DNA of 64,000 nt, from positions 39,557-103,556 of the forward strand of contig CALXRV010000060.1 in the NCBI GenBank assembly GCA_944390945.1, given 5' to 3'. Under the pieces are notes generated by a model. That model was given only the letters and a program-made list of their open reading frames with translations. It ran no database searches and had not been told where the DNA came from. This DNA is from an uncultured Clostridia bacterium. Its GTDB lineage: Bacteria > Bacillota > Dehalobacteriia > UBA4068. The position numbers were made by a program, and so were the translations under genes. How positions within the stretch are numbered: the stretch's first letter is position 1; the number at the start of each line of letters is the position of its first letter. Shown in pieces: positions 57,181 to 64,000 of this stretch.

Positions 57181-58135
57181 ATTTGGCCACTTCATTGCGG
57201 CAAAGGCCTGCGGCGTATATGTGGAGGATTTCAGTCTGGGTATGGGGCCGCGGTTACTGAAATGGCAGGGAAAAGAAACACAGTATACGCTGCGCCTGCT
57301 GCCGATCGGCGGTTGGTGCAAAATGGTGGGGGAGGACGAGGACAGCGAGAATCCGCGTGCATTTTGCAATAAGAAGGTCTGGCAGCGCATCCTGATTGTT
57401 GCTGCCGGGCCGCTGATGAATTTTCTTACCGCGATCTTGCTTTTTGTCATCGTATTCAGCACTTATAATTCACCGGAAAATCTGGTGGGCCGGGTGACGG
57501 CAGATTCGCCGGCTGCAGTTGCCGGTTTGGAATATGGTGACCGTATCGTGGAGATCAACGGTGAGGAGATTGCCGACTGGGAAGATATCGGGGAAGCGGT
57601 GAACCGGGGCGAAGCGGGGCAGGCGCTCACGCTGACCCTAGAGCGCGATGGCGAGACGCTGACGACGATTTTGACGCCGGTATATGATGCGGAACTGGAC
57701 CGTTGGTTGATCGGCATCCAGGCCTATCAGGCGCGGGAGAATATTTTTGTCGCTGTGCGCAATGGTTTTCTGCAGTCCTTTTATCTGCTACAGGCGCTGG
57801 TCAGCGCGATCGTCGGCATGATTGCAGGCTCGGTAGCGCCGGATGTCAGCGGGCCGGTCGGTATCGTCAACATGATCGGCGTTTATACTGAGGCAGGATG
57901 GAAATCGCTGGTTAGTTTTACCGGCTTCCTGTCGCTGAACCTCGGCCTGGTCAATCTGTTGCCCTTGCCGGCGCTGGATGGCAGCCGCATTGTCTTTCTC
58001 TGCATCGAGGGCGTACGCGGCAAGCCGATCAAGCGGGAGCGCGAGGGAATGGTGCATTTTGTCGGCTTGCTTCTGCTTCTGGGGCTGATGCTCGTTGTCA
58101 CCTATCAGGATATCGTACGGCTAGTCACTTCCTGA
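57128..58135 (+). CDS. rseP: RIP metalloprotease RseP/RasP (M50)
   Basis: TTG start after GGAGGG. HEFGHFIAAK zinc motif, a single PDZ domain, and NLLPLPALDG. Confidence 0.92.
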   Translation: MTAIAAILVFCLLILSHEFGHFIAAKACGVYVEDFSLGMGPRLLKWQGKETQYTLRLLPIGGWCKMVGEDEDSENPRAFCNKKVWQRILIVAAGPLMNFLTAILLFVIVFSTYNSPENLVGRVTADSPAAVAGLEYGDRIVEINGEEIADWEDIGEAVNRGEAGQALTLTLERDGETLTTILTPVYDAELDRWLIGIQAYQARENIFVAVRNGFLQSFYLLQALVSAIVGMIAGSVAPDVSGPVGIVNMIGVYTEAGWKSLVSFTGFLSLNLGLVNLLPLPALDGSRIVFLCIEGVRGKPIKREREGMVHFVGLLLLLGLMLVVTYQDIVRLVTS

Positions 58136-58148
58136 AATCGAGGGAGAT

Positions 58149-59228
58149 ATGATGAAGGGATATGAACGAAAACGGACGAAGATCGTTACGATCGGCGAGG
58201 TAAAGATCGGCGGCGGTAATCCGGTCTCCGTCCAGTCGATGTGCAATACCAATACGGCTGATGTGGCAGCTACGCTGGCACAGCTGCATGCTTTGCAGGC
58301 AGCTGGTGCAGAGATCGGCCGGCTGGCAGTGCCGGACCAGGAAGCAGCGGATGCCTTGCCGGCTATTCTCAGGCAAAGCCCGCTGCCTCTGGTGGCGGAT
58401 ATCCATTTTGACTACCGCCTGGCCCTGGCTGCGATCCGTGCCGGAATGCATGGTCTGCGTATCAATCCTGGCAATATTGGCAGCGCCGAGCGCGTGCGCC
58501 AGGTGGCTTTGGCAGCCAAAGCAGCCGGCATTCCGATCCGCGTCGGCGTTAATGGCGGTTCACTGCCAGCGGATCTGCTGGACAAACATCATGGCGTAAC
58601 GGCTGACGCATTGGTGGAAGCAGCACTGCGACATGTGGAGCTGCTGGAGGATAATGGCTTTCATGCGATCAAGATTGCGCTGAAAGCCTCCAGCGTACCG
58701 GTAATGGTGGACGCTTACCGCACGATCAGCGGATTGACGGATTATCCGCTGCATATCGGGGTGACGGAGACCGGCACGCTTTATCGCGGCAGTGTCAAGA
58801 CTGCGCTGGGCCTGGGCGTACTGCTGCTGGAAGGCATTGGGGATACGTTGCGCGTCAGCCTGACGGATGACCCCTGCCGTGAGGCGGCATTGGGACGGGA
58901 GATCCTCTCCATGCTGGGCTTGCGGCCATGGGGCTGGGAATTTGTTTCCTGTCCGACCTGCGGCCGGACAAAGGTGGATTTGATCAGCCTGGCGCAGCGG
59001 GTAGAGGCTGCCCTGATGGACATCACGCCAGCAAAGCCGCTGAAGGTGGCGGTGATGGGCTGTGCGGTCAACGGCCCGGGCGAGGCAGCAGACGCAGATA
59101 TCGGCCTGGCCTGCGGTGCGGATGGCGGTTTGATTTTCCGCCATGGGGAAAAGGTGGGCTATTTTGATCAGGCCGATCTGTTTGAAGAATTTATCCGCCG
59201 CGTGCGTGAGCTGACGACGGAGGGATGA
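58149..59228 (+). CDS. ispG: 4-hydroxy-3-methylbut-2-en-1-yl diphosphate synthase
   Basis: VQSMCNT, RINPGNIG, and C-terminal cluster ligands SCPTCGR...GCAVNGPGEA. Confidence 0.95.
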   Translation: MMKGYERKRTKIVTIGEVKIGGGNPVSVQSMCNTNTADVAATLAQLHALQAAGAEIGRLAVPDQEAADALPAILRQSPLPLVADIHFDYRLALAAIRAGMHGLRINPGNIGSAERVRQVALAAKAAGIPIRVGVNGGSLPADLLDKHHGVTADALVEAALRHVELLEDNGFHAIKIALKASSVPVMVDAYRTISGLTDYPLHIGVTETGTLYRGSVKTALGLGVLLLEGIGDTLRVSLTDDPCREAALGREILSMLGLRPWGWEFVSCPTCGRTKVDLISLAQRVEAALMDITPAKPLKVAVMGCAVNGPGEAADADIGLACGADGGLIFRHGEKVGYFDQADLFEEFIRRVRELTTEG

Positions 59229-59269
59229 TAAGCGCGGCGCTGCCGGGCAATTTGCAGGAGGAAACGACG

Positions 59270-61021
59270 ATGAGAATGTCAAGGCTTTTATTTGCTACAT
59301 TGCGGGAAACGCCGGCAGAGGCGGAGATCGTCAGCCATCAGCTGATGCTGCGCGCTGGTTTGATCCATAAGGTATCGATGGGCATCTATACTTATATGCC
59401 GCTCGGTTACCGCGTGCTGAAAAAAATCGAACGCATTATTCGGGAAGAGATGGATGGCCAGGGCGCGCAGGAACTGTTCATGCCGGTAGTGCATCCGGCA
59501 GAGCTGTGGATGGAAAGTGGCCGCTGGCAGGTATATGGCAAAGAGCTGATGCGTATGCAGGACCGGCATGGGCGCGATTATCTGTTGGCGCCAACGCATG
59601 AGGAAGTGATCACCAGCATGCTGCGGCAGGATGTTCGTTCCTATAAGCAGCTGCCGCAGCTCGTCTATCAGATTCAGACGAAATTTCGCGATGAGCGCCG
59701 GCCGCGTTTCGGCGTGATGCGTTGCCGCGAATTTGTGATGAAGGACTGCTATTCTTTTGATCGCGATGAAGAAGGCCTTAGCGTCAGTTATGAAAAGATG
59801 GCGCATGCTTATCATAATATTTTCAGCCGCTGCGGACTGCATTATCGCCCGGTGGCTGCAGACAGCGGTGCGATCGGCGGCAGCGGCAGCCATGAATTCA
59901 TGGCGCTTTCCGAAGTGGGGGAAAGTGCGATCCTTTTCTGCCATAGTTGTGATTATGCGGCGACGGATGAGATTGCGGCAGTGGAGCCTGTGCCGACCGG
60001 CGTAGGGGAAGAATTCCGCGAGATCGAGACGGTATGGACACCGGACTGCAAAACGGTGGAAGACCTGGCGCGCCTGCTCAAGGTGCCGGCTGAGCGCACG
60101 GTGAAAACGCTTTGCTATATGGCGGACGGGCAGCCGGTGGTGGTGTTGATCCGTGGCGACCGGCAAGTGAACGAGATCAAACTGCAGAATACGCTTGGTT
60201 GCTACGAGCTGGGTTTTGCCAATGATGACGAAGTGCGCGCGATGGGGATGGAGCCTGGATATTGCGGTCCGGTCGGCTTGCGCAGTGAGATCAAGGTGGT
60301 GGCGGATCGTGAAGTACCGCTGATGGTCAACCATGAATGTGGCGACGGCCGCAAGGATTATCATCTGCTCAATGTCAATTATCAACGCGGGGATTATCGT
60401 ATCGATGTGACGGCAGATATCGCGCTGGTGGAAAAAGGGGCCAAGTGCCCGGTCTGCGGCGCACCGCTCGATCTGGCGCGCGGCATCGAAGTGGGGCAGA
60501 TCTTCAAGCTGCATACGAAATACAGTGAAAAACTGGGCGCACGCTATGTTGATGAAAACGGGGACGAGCATGATATGGTGATGGGTTGCTATGGCATCGG
60601 CGTTGGTCGTACGATGGCAGCGATCATCGAACAGCATCATGATGCGCATGGCATTATCTGGCCAATGTCTGTTGCACCGTTTGAAGTAGAGATCGTACCG
60701 GTCAATGACAAGGATGACTGGTTGATGGCAGAGGCGGAAAAACTTTACCGCGAATTGCAGCAGCGCGGTGTAGAGACGCTGCTGGACGATCGGAAAGAAC
60801 GGCCGGGGGTAAAATTCAATGACGGTGATTTGCTGGGCTTTCCACTGCGTGTGGTGATGGGCAAAAAATGCCATGAGACCGGTCTGGCTGAGGTGAAGGT
60901 GCGTGCAAGCGGCGAGGTGTTTGAAGTGCCGTTGGCAGACCTGGCTGATCGTGTCTGCGCCTTGAAACAGCAGATGATGGCGGAGCTGACTGCGCCGTAT
61001 GGCTGGGAGGCGGATATTTGA
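59270..61021 (+). CDS. proS: proline--tRNA ligase (bacterial type with INS editing domain)
   Basis: ATG 59270 follows AGGAGG. FATLRETPAEAE, class II motifs (FRDE.RPRFG..R..EF.MKD) and GCYGIGVGR. Confidence 0.95.
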   Translation: MRMSRLLFATLRETPAEAEIVSHQLMLRAGLIHKVSMGIYTYMPLGYRVLKKIERIIREEMDGQGAQELFMPVVHPAELWMESGRWQVYGKELMRMQDRHGRDYLLAPTHEEVITSMLRQDVRSYKQLPQLVYQIQTKFRDERRPRFGVMRCREFVMKDCYSFDRDEEGLSVSYEKMAHAYHNIFSRCGLHYRPVAADSGAIGGSGSHEFMALSEVGESAILFCHSCDYAATDEIAAVEPVPTGVGEEFREIETVWTPDCKTVEDLARLLKVPAERTVKTLCYMADGQPVVVLIRGDRQVNEIKLQNTLGCYELGFANDDEVRAMGMEPGYCGPVGLRSEIKVVADREVPLMVNHECGDGRKDYHLLNVNYQRGDYRIDVTADIALVEKGAKCPVCGAPLDLARGIEVGQIFKLHTKYSEKLGARYVDENGDEHDMVMGCYGIGVGRTMAAIIEQHHDAHGIIWPMSVAPFEVEIVPVNDKDDWLMAEAEKLYRELQQRGVETLLDDRKERPGVKFNDGDLLGFPLRVVMGKKCHETGLAEVKVRASGEVFEVPLADLADRVCALKQQMMAELTAPYGWEADI

Positions 61022-61521
61022 TGCTTCAGGACTATAAGGGCATTTCGCCGCAGATTGGCGAGCAGGTATTCGTTGCGGAAAGCGCGAGCGTGATCGGCGA
61101 TGTGCGGCTGGCAGATGAGAGCTCGGTGTGGTATAATGCCACCCTGCGCGGTGATGTGGCAGAGATCGTGATTGGTGCGCGCAGCAATATTCAGGACAAC
61201 TGTGTTTTGCATGGTTGTCATGCGCTGCCGGTGATCCTGGAAGAGAATGTGACGGTAGGCCATGGCGCGATCATCCATGGCGCGTATATCGAGCGGGATT
61301 GTCTGATCGGCATGGGCGCGGTCGTGTTGGATAACAGCCATATCGGCCATGGCAGCGTGATCGGAGCCGGGGCGGTGGTGGCGCCACGCAGCATTATCCC
61401 GCCGCTTTCCCTGGTGATGGGTGTGCCAGGAAAGGTGGTGCGCACGCTGGCAGCGGAGAGCGAGCAGGAGCGCATCGCACATGCAGCCGGCTATTTGAAT
61501 TTGAAGGATGATTATCTGTAA
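61021..61521 (+). CDS. gamma-class carbonic anhydrase family / hexapeptide-repeat protein (YrdA/PaaY-like)
   Basis: Left-handed beta-helix repeats, with a zinc-ligand pattern (VLHG...VGHGAIIHG). Its start overlaps the proS stop (TGATG). Confidence 0.85.
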   Translation: MLQDYKGISPQIGEQVFVAESASVIGDVRLADESSVWYNATLRGDVAEIVIGARSNIQDNCVLHGCHALPVILEENVTVGHGAIIHGAYIERDCLIGMGAVVLDNSHIGHGSVIGAGAVVAPRSIIPPLSLVMGVPGKVVRTLAAESEQERIAHAAGYLNLKDDYL

Positions 61522-61625
61522 ACAGCAGGATAATCGGGACAGGCCTGGCGCTTTGCGGCGCTGGGCCGTATTTTACCGGCAACTGTGATAACATTCTTGG
61601 TAGGGATAGAAATTTTTTCAGGGTA

Positions 61626-61654
61626 TTGCCAAAGCGGGAGAAATCAGGTATAAT
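61626..61654 (+). promoter_or_regulatory. recA promoter
   Basis: TTGCCA (61626-61631), 17 nt, TATAAT (61649-61654). Confidence 0.6.
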
Positions 61655-61660
61655 ATTTAT

Positions 61661-61674
61661 CGAACATATGTTTG
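61661..61674 (+). promoter_or_regulatory. LexA operator (Gram-positive SOS/Cheo box)
   Basis: CGAACATATGTTTG versus consensus CGAACRNRYGTTYG/C. It lies 7 nt downstream of the -10 and 22 nt upstream of the recA ATG. Confidence 0.75.
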
Positions 61675-61696
61675 GTAAAACGGGGAGGGCATCACG

Positions 61697-62752
61697 ATGA
61701 ATGATAAGGATAAACTGGCTGCATTAGACGCTGCACTGGCGCAGATCGAAAAGCAGTTCGGCAAGGGTTCGGTGATGAAGCTGGGCAGTTCCGGTATCAC
61801 TACAGTTGACGTCATCCCCACCGGGTCGCTGGCGCTGGATTTGGCATTGGGCGTCGGCGGTGTGCCGCGTGGCCGTGTTGTGGAGATATATGGTCCGGAA
61901 TCTTCCGGTAAAACAACTGTGGCGCTGCATATTGTGGCGCAGGCGCAGAAAGCCGGCGGTATGGCAGCTTTTATCGATGCGGAACATGCCCTGGACCCGG
62001 TTTATGCAAAGAATCTTGGTGTGAATATTGACGAATTGCTGATTTCGCAGCCAGATACCGGCGAGCAAGCACTGGAGATTGCGGAAGCGCTGGTGCGCTC
62101 CGGCGCGCTTGATGTGATTGTGGTGGACAGTGTGGCGGCCCTTGTTCCGCGGCAGGAGCTGGAAGGGGAAATGGGCGATGCGCATGTTGGCCTGCAGGCG
62201 CGCCTGATGTCGCAGGCGCTGCGGAAGCTGACCGGCGCAGTGGCAAAATCAAATGTTTGCTTTATTTTCATCAATCAGATTCGTGAAAAGGTTGGCGTGA
62301 TGTTCGGTAACCCGGAGACGACTTCCGGCGGGCGGGCATTGAAATTTTATGCTTCTGTACGCATTGAAGTGCGGCGGGCGGATGTGATCAAAAACGGTTC
62401 GGAAATGGTTGGCAGCCGCACGAAAGTAAAAGTGGTGAAGAACAAGGTAGCACCGCCTTTCAAGCAGGCGGAATTTGATATTATGTATGGTAAAGGCATT
62501 TCGACAGCCGGCAATATTCTTGATATCGGCGTGGAGATGAAGCTGATTGACAAGGCCGGTTCCTGGTTCAGCTATCAAGGCGAGCGGATTGGGCAAGGCC
62601 GGGAGAATGCCAAGGATTATTTGATGGCCAACCCCGCGGTGATGGATGAGATCGAAGCGAAGATCCGCGCCAAAGCAGCCGGGGCTACTGAGCCGATGCT
62701 GGAGATCGGCATGCCGGAAGCAACTGAGACAGCAGAGCAGCCGGAGGCATAA
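61697..62752 (+). CDS. recA: recombinase RecA
   Basis: [19 protein letters not shown], Walker [10 protein letters not shown], and [31 protein letters not shown]. Confidence 0.98.
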   Translation: MNDKDKLAALDAALAQIEKQFGKGSVMKLGSSGITTVDVIPTGSLALDLALGVGGVPRGRVVEIYGPESSGKTTVALHIVAQAQKAGGMAAFIDAEHALDPVYAKNLGVNIDELLISQPDTGEQALEIAEALVRSGALDVIVVDSVAALVPRQELEGEMGDAHVGLQARLMSQALRKLTGAVAKSNVCFIFINQIREKVGVMFGNPETTSGGRALKFYASVRIEVRRADVIKNGSEMVGSRTKVKVVKNKVAPPFKQAEFDIMYGKGISTAGNILDIGVEMKLIDKAGSWFSYQGERIGQGRENAKDYLMANPAVMDEIEAKIRAKAAGATEPMLEIGMPEATETAEQPEA

Positions 62753-62755
62753 ACG

Positions 62756-63277
62756 ATGGCTGGCGGCAGAGGAAAGCAAGATTTGGCAGGGCAGCAGGGA
62801 GAGGTGTATCCTGCTGCCCTGCGCTATCTTGCGCGGCGGGAGTATGGCGAGCAGGAATTGGCAGAACGTTTGCTGCGGCGCGGCGCAGAGCCAGCTGTAG
62901 TGGAGGAAACGTTGATGCGTTTGCGGGAACAGGGCTACCTTTGCGAGGCGCGTTTTGCCGCCAGCCGGGTACGGCAGCGCCGTGATTTTAATCGGCGCGG
63001 CCGTAGTGCGATCCGGGCAGAATTGTACAGCTTAGGCGTGGATACTGCTGTAGTAGAACAGGCGCTGCAGGAAGAATTTGATGCAGAGACGGAAAAACAG
63101 CTCTTGACCAGCCTGGCAGAAGCGGCGGCGGCAGAGTTGACACGGTTGCCAGATGCGCAGGCAAGGCAGCGGCGGCTGCAATCTTTACAGCGGCGTTGGT
63201 TAGCCCATGGTTTTCCGCCCGGCGATGTATATGAGGCAATACGGGCAGCAGCTGCGGCAGTGTCTGAAGAAGAGTAG
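62756..63277 (+). CDS. recX: recombination regulator RecX
   Basis: AALRYLARREYGEQELAERLLRRG..., a three-fold helical repeat architecture, and a position directly after recA. Confidence 0.85.
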   Translation: MAGGRGKQDLAGQQGEVYPAALRYLARREYGEQELAERLLRRGAEPAVVEETLMRLREQGYLCEARFAASRVRQRRDFNRRGRSAIRAELYSLGVDTAVVEQALQEEFDAETEKQLLTSLAEAAAAELTRLPDAQARQRRLQSLQRRWLAHGFPPGDVYEAIRAAAAAVSEEE

Positions 63278-63378
63278 GCCTGGTATGCGCTTGCCTGCCG
63301 GGCATCCTGACTTGCCTTAGCAGCAGCAGAATGCCGATAAATGTCGCGGAAATCCAGACCGGGCTGGCAAATATCATC

Positions 63379-63407
63379 TTGACAGGCTATGGCAACTATA
63401 TTAAAAT
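63379..63407 (+). promoter_or_regulatory. candidate sigma-A promoter in the recX-rny spacer
   Basis: TTGACA (63379-63384), 17 nt, TAAAAT (63402-63407), at the start of an AT-rich tract. Confidence 0.45.
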
Positions 63408-63574
63408 ATTACTGTTAAGACTTTATTTTGGATTCATTACTGAATTCTGGATTATAGATGAAACTGAGGCGGATCAGTATATATCTGGCTTTGCCATGCT
63501 CTGTTTTATGTGCAGAGATATATATGTCTTTTTTCGGGTAGAGGCTCCGGATTGGCTTCATCTATAAGGGATTC

Positions 63575-63607
63575 AAAATCGAGTTTTATACTCGATTTTC
63601 TTTTTTA
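63575..63607 (+). terminator. intrinsic terminator/attenuator 39 nt upstream of the rny start codon
   Basis: AAAATCGAGT / ACTCGATTTT 10-bp stem with a 5-nt loop, followed by CTTTTTTT. Confidence 0.6.
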
Positions 63608-63645
63608 CCAGCGGTTTGCGCTGAGAAAATATAGGAGGTGTGAGA

Positions 63646-64000
63646 ATGCATTTGGGTTGGGTGATCCTGATTGCGCTGCTGACTTTGGTCGGCGGTTTGC
63701 TTGCTGGTTATTTGATAAGAAAAAACCTGGCTGAAGCGAAGATCAAATCCGCGGAAGAGGCTGCGGCAAAGATATTGATCGATGCCAAAAAAGAGAGTGA
63801 GACCAGAAAAAAAGAGGCGTTGATCGAAGCGAAAGAAGAGATACATCGCCTGCGCAGCGAGGCTGACCGTGAGAATAAGGAGCGGCACAGCGAATTGGTG
63901 CGGCAGGAAAAACGCCTGCAGAAAAAAGAAGAGGATATCGATCGCAAACTGGAGGGCATTGAGAAAAAAGAAGAGGCGATCCGTAAAAAGGACGCGGAAG
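63646..64000 (+). CDS. rny: ribonuclease Y, N-terminal part (continues past window end)
   Basis: Own translation from ATG 63646 (RBS AGGAGGTG) gives MHLGWVILIALLTLVGGLLAGYLIRKNLAEAKIKSAEEAAAKILIDAKKESETRKKEALIEAKEEIHRLRSEADRENKERHSEL... This is the typical RNase Y TM anchor plus coiled coil. Absent from the ORF track because no stop lies in the window. Confidence 0.88.
   Translation, partial: MHLGWVILIALLTLVGGLLAGYLIRKNLAEAKIKSAEEAAAKILIDAKKESETRKKEALIEAKEEIHRLRSEADRENKERHSELVRQEKRLQKKEEDIDRKLEGIEKKEEAIRKKDAE

Noticed and set aside
59229-59269. T-box leader upstream of proS
   Set aside because: Only 41 nt separate ispG and proS, which is too short for a T-box. proS appears co-transcribed with ispG.
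39740-60874. Other long antisense or overlapping ORFs (39740..41134 -, 47270..48370 -, 48724..49860 -, 54987..55898 -, 59288..60874 -, 42479..43495 -)
   Set aside because: Each lies opposite a confidently identified housekeeping gene (dprA/topA, hslV-hslU, the AI-2E transporter, proS). They have low-complexity, Arg/His-rich translations without recognisable domains.
63331-63567. 78-aa ORF in the AT-rich recX-rny spacer
   Set aside because: It has no RBS, implausible composition and begins upstream of the predicted promoter. The region is better explained as a non-coding leader or sRNA.
1-64000. CRISPR arrays, transposases/IS elements, prophage or defence-island genes
   Set aside because: None found on either strand. 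The only recombinase is chromosomal XerC in its conserved context, and there are no regularly spaced direct repeats.

Overview
High-GC, spore-forming Firmicutes/Clostridia-type chromosomal segment with dense, mostly housekeeping coding and no CRISPR array, transposase, integrase cassette or prophage. From left to right:
- 1-4.5 kb: partial AroE-like gene, CwlD-like amidase, and an iron/cobalamin-type ABC importer split across a divergent promoter region.
- 4.8-6.4 kb: a PadR/DUF2812 pair.
- 6.4-14 kb: a PrpR-type sigma-54 activator, a near-consensus -24/-12 promoter, and a tight five-gene operon (family-III CoA-transferase, HMG-CoA-lyase-like, LeuC-like, LeuD-like, PrpF/Mii-like isomerase).
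- 14-29 kb, minus strand: SLH surface protein, phosphoglucomutase, hemW, holA, comEC, comEA, an HExxH membrane protein, pnp and an S10-type serine carboxypeptidase. A plus-strand tRNA-His/Gln/Lys cluster interrupts this block.
- 29.3 kb: an isolated tRNA-Arg(CCT).
- 29.5-64 kb, plus strand with one exception (the yfcE-type phosphodiesterase at 37396-37947): pncA-like/tadA, uppP, ftsK, rimO, pgsA, cinA-C, dprA-topA-trmFO-(ABC exporter)-xerC-hslV-(Zn-ribbon membrane protein)-hslU, rpsB-tsf-pyrH-frr-(small ferredoxin)-uppS-cdsA-(AI-2E/YtvI-like)-dxr-rseP-ispG-proS, gamma-carbonic anhydrase, recA (with a LexA box)-recX, and the start of rny.

The strongest candidate for an undescribed system is the sigma-54-controlled operon at 8.8-13.9 kb. 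Its enzyme families can be chained into a non-canonical catabolic route for branched C5 unsaturated dicarboxylates (itaconate/mesaconate/citraconate via D-citramalate). This is inference from family knowledge and is not proven here.

Secondary observations:
- A 54-aa 2x[4Fe-4S] ferredoxin gene below the ORF-track cutoff, sitting inside the isoprenoid/lipid-carrier cluster.
- A promoter-plus-terminator leader directly in front of rny.
- A 0.5-kb ORF-less gap upstream of pnp where rpsO is usually found.
- Candidate operators in the ABC importer and padR promoters.

All start codons were chosen by eye from RBS spacing and are approximate.
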